This document shows, in pieces, positions 1-8,173 of a stretch of DNA of 33,296 nt; the stretch's first letter is position 1, and each line of letters opens with the position of its first letter. The translations under genes were made by a program, and so were the position numbers. The notes under the pieces were generated by a model. It was not told the DNA's origin, searched no databases, and saw nothing but the letters and a program-made list of their open reading frames with translations. This DNA comes from Methanomassiliicoccales archaeon (GTDB taxonomy: Archaea; Thermoplasmatota; Thermoplasmata; SG8-5), in NCBI GenBank assembly GCA_030636255.1, contig DAOVXH010000001.1:1-33296 (forward strand), given 5' to 3'.

Positions 1-1086
1 GTGTGCAAAGTAGATGGCAAGGAGGTCATCATGCTCTGCTCCAATAACTATCTCAATCTCAGCAATCATCCAAAGATAAAGGAAGCGTCAAAGAAAGCAA
101 TAGACACCCATGGAGCCGGGTCTGGCTCTGTTCGTGCAATAGCAGGAAACATGGACCTTCATTTTGAGGCCGAGCGAAGACTGGCCAAGTTCAAAGGAAC
201 AGAGGCAACCCTAATTTATCAGACTGGTTTTGCAGTAAATGCAGGCTTAATTCCACAACTTGCTGGCAAGGGTGATATCATTATCAGCGACGAACTGAAC
301 CACGGCAGTATTATTGACGGAGTTCGTCTGACCAAAACCGACCGGGCAGTCTACGCACACAGTGATATGGGCGAGCTTGAGAAAGCACTGCAAGATGCTG
401 ATGCAAAGGGCTACCGCAGAATACTGGTTATTACTGACGGAGTTTTCAGCATGGACGGAGACATTGCCAAGGGTGGCGACTTTGTGAAACTATGCATGGA
501 ATACGGCGCAATGAGCTATATTGACGATGCCCACGGCGAGGGAGTTATAGGCCCAGACGGACGAGGAATGGCTGCTCATTTCGGTGTTGAAGGCAAACTT
601 GATGTGGAAATGGGAACATTCTCCAAGGCATTCGGAGTTGTTGGCGGATTGGTTGCTGGCTCCCAGGATTTAGTCAACTATGCTTACAATAAATCAAGGT
701 CATGGTTACTCAGCGGTTCAGCTCCACCGGCAACAGCAGCTGCCCAGATTGCTGCAATTGATGTTCTGGAAACAGAGCCAGAACATGTGCAGAACCTCTG
801 GAAGAACACAGATTATTTCAAGAAGGAAATCCAGAGCATGGGATTCGATACTGGAAACAGCGAGACACCAATTACACCAGTCATCTGCGGCGAGAGTCAT
901 AAAGCTAAAGAGCTAAGCAATTTCCTTTACCAGGAAGGTATCTTTGCACTGCCAATCGTGTTCCCAATGGTTGCAAGGGACAAAGCACGAATAAGAACCA
1001 TGATGAATGCTGGTCTAACACGCGAACATTTGGACAAGGCGCTAGCTGCCTTTGAAAAGGGTGGAAAGGACCTTAAAATTTTGTAA
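1..1086 (+). CDS. kbl: alpha-oxoamine synthase family PLP enzyme (glycine C-acetyltransferase / 8-amino-7-oxononanoate synthase type), 5' end truncated by the window edge
   Basis: The ORF is open from base 1. Family hallmarks are NNYLNLSNHP, GSGSVRAIAGN, DELNHGSIIDG, DDAHGEG and the PLP-lysine motif GTFSKAFG. Full-length members are roughly 35 aa longer at the N-terminus, so the GTG at base 1 is probably not the true start. Confidence 0.85.
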   Translation: MCKVDGKEVIMLCSNNYLNLSNHPKIKEASKKAIDTHGAGSGSVRAIAGNMDLHFEAERRLAKFKGTEATLIYQTGFAVNAGLIPQLAGKGDIIISDELNHGSIIDGVRLTKTDRAVYAHSDMGELEKALQDADAKGYRRILVITDGVFSMDGDIAKGGDFVKLCMEYGAMSYIDDAHGEGVIGPDGRGMAAHFGVEGKLDVEMGTFSKAFGVVGGLVAGSQDLVNYAYNKSRSWLLSGSAPPATAAAQIAAIDVLETEPEHVQNLWKNTDYFKKEIQSMGFDTGNSETPITPVICGESHKAKELSNFLYQEGIFALPIVFPMVARDKARIRTMMNAGLTREHLDKALAAFEKGGKDLKIL

Positions 1087-1204
1087 TTTAGTTAGAGGAG
1101 CAGAAATGTTCCTCTCTCTATGCATATTTATTATATTGTATACCAAACCCTTATATAGACAAATTAGGTTTTAGTGGTGTCCATTATATAACAAATATTG
1201 ACTG

Positions 1205-1239
1205 ATTTGGTAAACTTGTCAAAGGATTATTTACCAAAT
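1205..1239. promoter_or_regulatory. perfect 10-bp inverted repeat ATTTGGTAAA-N15-TTTACCAAAT in the psmB upstream region
   Basis: Read directly: 1205-1214 atttggtaaa and 1230-1239 tttaccaaat are exact reverse complements. The repeat lies between a TATA-like attatata (1183-1190) and the GGAGG (1255-1260) that precedes the psmB ATG. Confidence 0.4.
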
Positions 1240-1267
1240 TAAACCCGATTTTGAGGGAGGAAATATA

Positions 1268-1909
1268 ATGCCAGAATATACAAAGGAATTGAAAAAGGGT
1301 ACGACCACAATAGGTCTTACTTGCAAGGATGGGGTGGTCATTGCCACAGAGCATAGGGCCACAATGGGAACGCTTATCGCACACAAGAAGACGCAGAAGC
1401 TCTTCAAGATCGACGATAATCTTGGCTTGACAGTAGCTGGATTGGTGGGCGATGCCCAGATTCTTGCCAGATATGTCAGGGCAGAGGCAGAACTGTACAG
1501 GCTCAAGAGAGGTATTCGGATGCCAGTAAAATCAGCAGCAACCATGCTCTCCAATATTCTTAACGGCCGAAGATACTTCCCATACTGGGTTCAGCTTGTG
1601 CTTGCTGGAGTAGATGATGATGGATACCATGTTTATTCACTGGACGCTGCAGGCGGGTCAATACCAGATACCTATACCACAACTGGGTCTGGCTCACCAT
1701 ATGTGTACGGTGTTCTGGAGGACCATTTCAAGGAAGGATTGACCGTGGACGAGGGTATTAACCTGGCAATCCGCGGGCTCACTGCCGCAATGAAGCGTGA
1801 TTCTGCTTCAGGAAATGGCATAGCTGTTGCTTCCATCACAAATAAAGAATTCAAGGAACTGGATGACAAGGATGTCCAGAAAAGAATAGAAAAGATGAAA
1901 CTCGCATAG
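1268..1909 (+). CDS. psmB: proteasome subunit beta (Ntn-hydrolase, propeptide then active-site Thr)
   Basis: 213 aa. A short propeptide [11 protein letters not shown] is followed by [17 protein letters not shown], the mature N-terminal Thr motif. GSGS and GxxxD features typical of archaeal PsmB are present. GGAGG lies 7 nt upstream of the ATG. Confidence 0.95.
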   Translation: MPEYTKELKKGTTTIGLTCKDGVVIATEHRATMGTLIAHKKTQKLFKIDDNLGLTVAGLVGDAQILARYVRAEAELYRLKRGIRMPVKSAATMLSNILNGRRYFPYWVQLVLAGVDDDGYHVYSLDAAGGSIPDTYTTTGSGSPYVYGVLEDHFKEGLTVDEGINLAIRGLTAAMKRDSASGNGIAVASITNKEFKELDDKDVQKRIEKMKLA

Positions 1910-1941
1910 GGGCAGAATGCAGTTTTTTGGGTGGTTAACCC

Positions 1942-3849
1942 ATGAGTGTAGAGAAACTACTGGAACAGGCAAGGGAGGAAATACGCAAGATTGTCCCTCC
2001 CCACATTAAAATAACAGATATTGACTTCGAAGGTCCGATTATCATTATTTATACCGAGGATATGGAGGGGCTGGCAAACAATATTGACATAATCAGGCAA
2101 CTTGCTCAAACTCTCCGCAGAAGGGTGGCTATAAGACCTGACCCGAAACTTCTCAGTGATGCTGGAAAGGCAGAAAAGGAAATCCGCAATATAATTCCGG
2201 AAGAGGCGGAAATAACAGACATATTCTTTGACCATGAGACCGGCGAGGTTACAATTGAGGCAATCACTCCTGGCCTGGTAATTGGCAAGCATGGCGCACT
2301 TCTCAATGAGCTGAAGGCCAATATTGGCTGGGCTCCAAAGGTTGTAAGGGCACCCCCACTGGCATCAAAGACTGTCAGCGAGGTAAGAAGCTTCATGCGG
2401 AATGTTCGTGAAGAAAGAATAGAATTCCTCAGAAAGCTTGGCAGAAGATTAATACGTGACGTTCCAACTGGAGAGAACTGGGTTCGCCTGACAACACTTG
2501 GCGGGTTCAGAGAAGTTGGCCGCAGCTGTTCACTTCTTACAACAAGAAACAGCAAGATAATGATTGATTGCGGTGTCATGCCAGGTGCCGAGAATGCAAC
2601 ACCATACCTCAGCGCTCCCGAGCTACAACCCCTAGACAGCCTGGATGGCGTTGTGATTACACACGGTCATCTGGACCATTGTGGAATGCTGCCAGTTCTT
2701 TACAAGTACGGCTATGAAGGGCCGGTTTACTGTACCGCTCCAACCCGGGATTTAATGTCATTGATGCTTATTGATTCCATAAAAGTTACATTCGGTGAGG
2801 CCAAGAAAGGGCCATATGAATCAAGCCATGTTCGAGAGATGGTAAAGCATTGCGTACCACTAAAATTCGGCGAGACTACTGATATTTCACCAGACGTAAG
2901 ACTCACATTCCAGAATGCAGGCCATATTCTTGGCTCTGCTGTTTCCCATTTCCATATTGGAGATGGATTGTACAATATTGCCATGACTGGTGATATGAAA
3001 TTCGAAAAGACATGGCTCTTCAATGCAGCAGTTAATCGCTTTCCAAGGGTGGAAACACTGGTCATGGAGTCCACATATGGAGGATACCATGATATGCAGC
3101 CCAGTAGAGCAGAGGCATCCAGCCAGCTAAGGGACATGCTAAAGCGCACCCTTGATAAGGAGGGGCGAATCTTAGTGCCAGTGTTTGCAGTTGGACGTTC
3201 TCAGGAAGTTATGCTGGTTCTTGAGGACCTCATGCGAAACGAGCAAATTCCACAAGTTCCAATATACCTGGACGGTATGATATGGGAAGCAACGGCAATT
3301 CATACGGCCTATCCAGAATTCCTTAACAGTTCACTGCGTACCCAGATATTCCAGCAGAAGGAAAACCCATTCCTTTCAGATATATTCAATCGAGTTGACA
3401 GCATGGAAATGCGTGAAAGAATCGCCGATAACCACGAACCATGCATTGTTCTGGCAACAGCCGGTATGATGAACGGAGGCCCGGTGCTGGAATACCTGAA
3501 GGCCTGGCACAATGACCCCAACTCAACTATTGTTTTCGTGGGATACCAGGCAGAGGGAACCATGGGCCGGAAGATTCAGAAAGGTTGGAAGGAAGTTCAA
3601 CTTAATCAGCGGGGCGACGGAGTTGTCATGGACATGAGAATGAATGTTGAAACCGTCGACGGATTCTCTGGACATTCTGACCGCAAGCAATTGATGCGGT
3701 ATGTTCAGGGCATGGACCCCAAGCCGGAAAGGATAATCATCGGCCACGGTGAGGATTATAAATGTTCAGATTTGGCTAGCTCGCTTTACAAGAAGTTCGG
3801 GTTTGAGACAAGGGCGCCGATGAACTTGGAGACAATTCGGGTTAAGTAA
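1942..3849 (+). CDS. fttA: aCPSF1/FttA: KH-domain beta-CASP metallo-beta-lactamase ribonuclease (archaeal CPSF73 orthologue, transcription termination factor)
   Basis: 635 aa, the typical aCPSF1 length. It has two N-terminal KH-like segments (VIGKHGALLNELK), the MBL motif THGHLDHCG, and downstream beta-CASP Asp/His motifs (ESTYG, GHSD, GHGE). It starts 32 nt after psmB. Confidence 0.95.
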   Translation: MSVEKLLEQAREEIRKIVPPHIKITDIDFEGPIIIIYTEDMEGLANNIDIIRQLAQTLRRRVAIRPDPKLLSDAGKAEKEIRNIIPEEAEITDIFFDHETGEVTIEAITPGLVIGKHGALLNELKANIGWAPKVVRAPPLASKTVSEVRSFMRNVREERIEFLRKLGRRLIRDVPTGENWVRLTTLGGFREVGRSCSLLTTRNSKIMIDCGVMPGAENATPYLSAPELQPLDSLDGVVITHGHLDHCGMLPVLYKYGYEGPVYCTAPTRDLMSLMLIDSIKVTFGEAKKGPYESSHVREMVKHCVPLKFGETTDISPDVRLTFQNAGHILGSAVSHFHIGDGLYNIAMTGDMKFEKTWLFNAAVNRFPRVETLVMESTYGGYHDMQPSRAEASSQLRDMLKRTLDKEGRILVPVFAVGRSQEVMLVLEDLMRNEQIPQVPIYLDGMIWEATAIHTAYPEFLNSSLRTQIFQQKENPFLSDIFNRVDSMEMRERIADNHEPCIVLATAGMMNGGPVLEYLKAWHNDPNSTIVFVGYQAEGTMGRKIQKGWKEVQLNQRGDGVVMDMRMNVETVDGFSGHSDRKQLMRYVQGMDPKPERIIIGHGEDYKCSDLASSLYKKFGFETRAPMNLETIRVK

Positions 3850-4377
3850 TTACCCTATTTTTTTGAGGCCATTCTTCAGCCTAGTTTGAGCAAGGTCCAC
3901 ATAAATGCCTTTAAAATGAGTCCATGTCTTCTTGTATTCATCATTGACCTGGGCAACTGGCTTGGCAGGAATTCCAACTACAATCTGGCCTGGTTCTATT
4001 ATTGATTTATTTTTGACAACCGCGCCTTCGCCAACAACTGCCCATTCGCCGACCTTTGCATAATCAGAGACTGTTGAGCCCATTCCGATAACACAGAAAT
4101 CGTCCAGGGTGCAATTGTGAAGAATAGCAGCATGGCCTATGGTCACATCATTGCCTATTTTGAGGATTTCTCCTGGCCTGGCATGGAGAATGCAATTTTC
4201 TTCGATGGCTGTTCTGTCGCCTATGACTACGGTTCCATAATCTCCACGGATTACCGCTCCGGCTCCAATATAACAGTCATCACCAATTGTCACATCGCCG
4301 ATTATTGTGGCTTCTTCATAAACATAACATCCAGAACCTATCTTCGGCCTCTTGCCCTCAAACTCGTAGATTGCCAT
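3850..4377 (-). CDS. gamma-class carbonic anhydrase-like / left-handed beta-helix hexapeptide-repeat protein (YrdA/PaaY/CaiE type)
   Basis: MAIYEFEGKRPKIGSGCYVYEEATIIGDVTIGDDCYIGAGAVIRGDYG..ENCILHA.. shows the imperfect hexapeptide periodicity and the RGD..His pattern. I place the start at the ATG at 4377. The ORF-track extension to 4455 would overlap the purM 3' end. Confidence 0.85.
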   Translation of the reverse strand: MAIYEFEGKRPKIGSGCYVYEEATIIGDVTIGDDCYIGAGAVIRGDYGTVVIGDRTAIEENCILHARPGEILKIGNDVTIGHAAILHNCTLDDFCVIGMGSTVSDYAKVGEWAVVGEGAVVKNKSIIEPGQIVVGIPAKPVAQVNDEYKKTWTHFKGIYVDLAQTRLKNGLKKIG

Positions 4378-4387
4378 GGTATTATCC

Positions 4388-5410
4388 TCAGTATCTGTGA
4401 TATTCAACCCCAATGTGAGAATTGCATGCGCCCTTGCCCTTGTAGACCTTGCCAACTATCTTTGCTTCAACTGATTTGTTCAGCAGTTCCAAAGCTTTCT
4501 TGGCACTTTTCTCAGGCACAATAACAGCCATTCCCATTCCCATATTGAATGTCTGGTACATTTCCTTCTCGGAAATATTGCCCAGATCCTGCAATACACT
4601 GAAAATTGGTTGGGGCTCGAATGGGTCTTCAATCCTGAACTCCACGTCAGGCTGCAACCGTATAAAATTCCTGAGACCGGAGCCAGTAATATGAGCTATT
4701 CCATGAACCTGACAGGTCTTGACCAGATTGAGTATTTCCTTGACATATATCCTTGTGGGCTCCAGAAGCTCCAAACCAATACTTCTTCCGAATTCTGAAA
4801 AATCCTCGTCATACTTTATCTCATTAACCTCAAGAACCTTCCTGGCCAGTGAAAGTCCATTGGAATGAATTCCCGAGCTCCTCAAACCAATTATGATGTC
4901 TCCAGGAGCGCATTTCTTCCCGGTTATGAGCTTGCTCTTCTTTATCCACCCAAGACAGGTTCCAGCCAGGTCAAAACCGGTTATCATATCTGGCAATATT
5001 GCAAACTCCCCTCCTACCAGGGAAACATTGGCCAGCTCTGCACCCTTGGCGAGACCTATGCCTATCTGACCTGCAATAACCACGTCGGGTTTGTCAATTG
5101 CGATGTAATCAACAAATGCCAGTGGTTCTGCACCAACACATACCAGGTCATTAGCGTTCATGGCCACACAGTCTATTCCAACGGTATCCCACTTGTGCAT
5201 TGCGTCGGCTATCATGAGCTTTGTGCCAACACCATCGGTGGCCATGCCCAGGGCATAAGAACCAAATTCTATAAAGCCGGCATATCCGCCGTGCATGTCA
5301 ATCCTATTTCCAACGCCCTTTCTTGAGAACCCTAAAACCTTCACCAGAGATTCTATAGCGTCAGATTTTTTATCAATATCTACACCCGCTTCTGCGTATG
5401 TGAGTTTCAT
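4388..5410 (-). CDS. purM: phosphoribosylformylglycinamidine cyclo-ligase (AIR synthetase)
   Basis: 340 aa. The N-terminal MKLTYAEAGVDIDKK, plus GMATDGVGTKL and DCVAMNANDL, are typical PurM motifs. Confidence 0.95.
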   Translation of the reverse strand: MKLTYAEAGVDIDKKSDAIESLVKVLGFSRKGVGNRIDMHGGYAGFIEFGSYALGMATDGVGTKLMIADAMHKWDTVGIDCVAMNANDLVCVGAEPLAFVDYIAIDKPDVVIAGQIGIGLAKGAELANVSLVGGEFAILPDMITGFDLAGTCLGWIKKSKLITGKKCAPGDIIIGLRSSGIHSNGLSLARKVLEVNEIKYDEDFSEFGRSIGLELLEPTRIYVKEILNLVKTCQVHGIAHITGSGLRNFIRLQPDVEFRIEDPFEPQPIFSVLQDLGNISEKEMYQTFNMGMGMAVIVPEKSAKKALELLNKSVEAKIVGKVYKGKGACNSHIGVEYHRY

Positions 5411-5509
5411 TTGAACCGATTGGCAATTAGTGAACTTGATTTAAAACTTTGCTACGTAATTGAGGAAAAATGTTATAACATATTGTCCCTATGCTGTTTC
5501 CCGGTTAGC

Positions 5510-6442
5510 ATGAACTTCAAAGGAATGCACATAGTTTCGGTCCGGGATTTTTCCAGGGAAGATATTGAACATATTCTAGATTTGGCAGATACATTTATAC
5601 CAACAGCCAGAGGCGAAGAATCCAGTACATTGATGAATGGCAAGATTATGGCCACTCTATTTTTTGAACCCAGCACACGTACCAGGCTGAGCTTCGAGAG
5701 TGCCATGCAAAGGCTTGGAGGCAGGGTTCTTGGTTTCGCAGACCCTGGTGGAACTTCAGCCAAGAAAGGAGAAACACTGGCAGACACAATTCGCATGGCT
5801 GCTGCTTATTCTGACCTTATAGTTCTCAGGCATCCCCAGGAGGGTGCAGCCAGATTGGCCTCAAAGTTCTCTGATGTTCCGGTGATAAATGCCGGCGACG
5901 GGGCAGGACAGCATCCGACCCAGACTCTTCTGGACCTTCTAACAATTCGAAGAGAGGCAGGAAGCATTGATGGCAAGAAAGTCGCACTTGTTGGTGATCT
6001 GAAATACGGACGGACGGTTCATTCCCTGGCCTATGCACTGGCCATGTTTGATACCGAGCTAACTTTTGTAGCGCCGCCAACACTTCAAATGCCAGAAGAG
6101 ATGGTTGAAACAGTGGGACATATGGGGCCAAAACCAAAGCTGGTAAATTCAGTTGAGGAAGTTGTGGCAGATGCAGATGTGATTTATGTTACTCGAATTC
6201 AGAAGGAAAGATTCCCTGACCCGGCAGAATACCGGAAGGTTGCTGAGGTTTACAAGATAACCCCGGAAGTTCTGGAAGATGCCAAAAAGAAAATGATAGT
6301 CATGCATCCATTGCCCAGGGTGAAGGAAATTTCACCAGAAGTGGATGATACAGAATATGCAGCTTACTTCAAACAGGCATTCTACGGAGTGCCGGCCAGG
6401 ATGGCGCTCATCAGCCTTGTAACTGGAGGTGACCAGCAATGA
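5510..6442 (+). CDS. pyrB: aspartate carbamoyltransferase catalytic subunit
   Basis: STRTRLSFE, HPTQ(TLLD) and HPLPR motifs are present. I place the start at ATG 5510 (MNFKGMHIVSVRDFSRE); ATG 5525 is also possible. The TTG-initiated extension to 5411 abuts the purM start and looks non-coding. Confidence 0.92.
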   Translation: MNFKGMHIVSVRDFSREDIEHILDLADTFIPTARGEESSTLMNGKIMATLFFEPSTRTRLSFESAMQRLGGRVLGFADPGGTSAKKGETLADTIRMAAAYSDLIVLRHPQEGAARLASKFSDVPVINAGDGAGQHPTQTLLDLLTIRREAGSIDGKKVALVGDLKYGRTVHSLAYALAMFDTELTFVAPPTLQMPEEMVETVGHMGPKPKLVNSVEEVVADADVIYVTRIQKERFPDPAEYRKVAEVYKITPEVLEDAKKKMIVMHPLPRVKEISPEVDDTEYAAYFKQAFYGVPARMALISLVTGGDQQ

Positions 6443-6897
6443 AGGAACTCAAGATTACACCTATTAGTAATGGCACGGCAATAGACCATATTGAGGCAGG
6501 AATGGCAATGAAGGTTGCCAGGATATTGGAGATTCCTGATGCAGAAATACGTTCTACAGTCAGTATAGCCATGTATGTAAAAAGCAAGAAAATGGGGTTC
6601 AAGGACATTCTCAAGATTGAAGACAGGGTGCTGAAAAAGAAAGAGGTGAATAAGATTTCACTAATCTCGCCCAATGCTTCCATTGTTATAATTAAAGACC
6701 AGGAAGTTCTGGAAAAGTATTATGTTTCACTCCCCAAGGTCATCAAGGGCATTGCCAAATGCTCAAATCCCAATTGCATTACCAACCGTGGCGAGCCAGT
6801 AGAGACAGAATTTCAAGTGACCAATGGCAAGGAAATCAGACTAAGATGTCTTTATTGCGACAAAAATGTAACAGATATCCTGGCAAGTATTGTATAG
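6439..6897 (+). CDS. pyrI: aspartate carbamoyltransferase regulatory subunit
   Basis: 152 aa. It has ITPISNGTAIDHI and a C-terminal Zn site, CSNPNCIT...CLYCD. An ATGA start/stop overlap with pyrB and GGAGGTGA upstream are present. Confidence 0.95.
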   Translation: MKELKITPISNGTAIDHIEAGMAMKVARILEIPDAEIRSTVSIAMYVKSKKMGFKDILKIEDRVLKKKEVNKISLISPNASIVIIKDQEVLEKYYVSLPKVIKGIAKCSNPNCITNRGEPVETEFQVTNGKEIRLRCLYCDKNVTDILASIV

Positions 6898-6949
6898 CAG
6901 TAATTTTAAAGGGCAACTCAATGCCCCAACATATCATGGAGTAAATTAA

Positions 6950-8173
6950 ATGGAAAAATCTCAGGACCTGGCAAAATACGAGTTCAAGAAGCAGCTCAAG
7001 GAGATTCAAAGTGTCAAGGGTAGGGCAACCGAGTTGATTTCCCTGTACATTCCAGCCAGTAAGCGTGTTTCCGATGTTACCAGCTATCTAAGAAACGAGT
7101 CTGCCCAGTCATCTAATATTAAGAGCCGAACAACAAAGAAAAATGTCATGTGGGCAATTGAATCCATAACTGGCAAGTTGAAAAATTACAAAAAGATTCC
7201 AGAAAACGGTCTTATCTTCCTTGTTGGTCACAGGTCTGGCAGTGGAGACCAGACAGTTCCTATTTCATTCACCATAGAACCGCCCCAGCCAATTCAAACT
7301 TTCCTTTATCGATGTGATTCTCATTTCTATCTGGAACAGCTTGAAAGCATGTTGACCGAGGAAGAGGTTTACGGTCTCATAGTAATGGACAGGAACGAGG
7401 CCACTGTTGGAATACTCAATGGAAGGCGAATTGAGGTTATCAAAAATATGCAATCAAGGGTCATGGGAAAGCACAGGCAGGGAGGTCAATCGGCCCAGAG
7501 ATTTGAAAGACTCATTGAAATTGCGGCCCATGAATATTACAAGAGATTGGCAGACCTGGCCAATGAAAAGTTCATGGAAATTGAAGGCTTGAAAGGTGTC
7601 ATCATCGGAGGCCCAGGAGCAACAAAGGACTTCTTTGCAGACAAGGAATATCTGCATCATGAGCTAAAGAAAATAATAGTTGGCACATTTGATGCTGGCT
7701 ATACTGATGAGTCAGGCCTGAGAGAGCTGCTTCAGAATGCTGCACCGGCCTTGCAAGACCTCAGTCTAATGAAGGAAAAAGTCCTTATGACCCGCTTTCT
7801 GGACGAATTGAGAAAACCCGATGGGGGTAATACCGCCTACGGTGAAATGCAGGTCCGCCACGCACTGGAACTTGGGGCAATGGATACCCTGTTAATTTCA
7901 GAGGCAATGGAAAAAACCTCCTATGAATATAAATGCCCTGGCTGTGGAAAAATTGGCGAACTATCTCAAAAGTCCAATGAAGTGAAGTGTCCTGCTTGTG
8001 GCGAAGAAGTAAAAATCACAAATGAGATAGATATTGTGAACGATTTATTTGAATTAGCGGATTCCTATGGCACAAAAGTGGAAATGATCTCTACTGACTC
8101 CGAAGAGGGGGATATGCTTATGAGGGCCTTCAACGGTCTAGCCGCTATACTGAGGTACAAGGTGGGGAGCTGA
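6950..8173 (+). CDS. prf1: peptide chain release factor aRF1
   Basis: 407 aa. It carries NIKS (SSNIKSR), YxCxxxF (YRCDSHF) and GGQ (HRQGGQSAQRF). The C-domain carries a CPGC...CPAC insertion. Confidence 0.95.
   Translation: MEKSQDLAKYEFKKQLKEIQSVKGRATELISLYIPASKRVSDVTSYLRNESAQSSNIKSRTTKKNVMWAIESITGKLKNYKKIPENGLIFLVGHRSGSGDQTVPISFTIEPPQPIQTFLYRCDSHFYLEQLESMLTEEEVYGLIVMDRNEATVGILNGRRIEVIKNMQSRVMGKHRQGGQSAQRFERLIEIAAHEYYKRLADLANEKFMEIEGLKGVIIGGPGATKDFFADKEYLHHELKKIIVGTFDAGYTDESGLRELLQNAAPALQDLSLMKEKVLMTRFLDELRKPDGGNTAYGEMQVRHALELGAMDTLLISEAMEKTSYEYKCPGCGKIGELSQKSNEVKCPACGEEVKITNEIDIVNDLFELADSYGTKVEMISTDSEEGDMLMRAFNGLAAILRYKVGS

Noticed and set aside
1094-1115. Short hairpin AGAGGA-N10-TCCTCT just after the kbl-like gene stop
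   Set aside because: It has only a 6-bp stem and no following T-run on the coding strand, which is too weak to call a terminator.
2106-2579. Antisense or off-frame ORFs of 60-170 aa nested in well-supported genes (for example 2106-2579, 2727-3149, 5473-5796, 9273-9698, 21130-21531, 22017-22523, 24275-24670)
   Set aside because: Each is fully contained in a longer ORF with clear family motifs on the other strand or frame. Their translations are low-complexity or Cys/Leu/Ser-rich with no recognisable motifs.
4378-4455. N-terminal extensions offered by the ORF track (4378-4455, 5411-5509, 13205-13285, 21929-21961, 25029-25058)
   Set aside because: The extensions use TTG or GTG starts or overlap the neighbouring gene, and their residues do not match the family N-termini. 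Internal ATG codons give canonical N-termini (MAIYEF..., MNFKGMHIVS..., MQEYDR..., MAKKTW...) and remove the overlaps.
6759-6944. 61-aa ORF spanning the pyrI 3' end and the pyrI-aRF1 spacer
   Set aside because: It mostly overlaps pyrI out of frame. It has no SD motif and an unremarkable composition.
7934-7999. CPGC-x14-CPAC zinc-ribbon-like insertion in the C-domain of aRF1
   Set aside because: The eRF1/aRF1 C-domain is known to host a variable mini-domain at this position. As far as I recall, Cys4 versions are common in euryarchaeal aRF1, so this is probably lineage-typical. I could not verify that without a database search.
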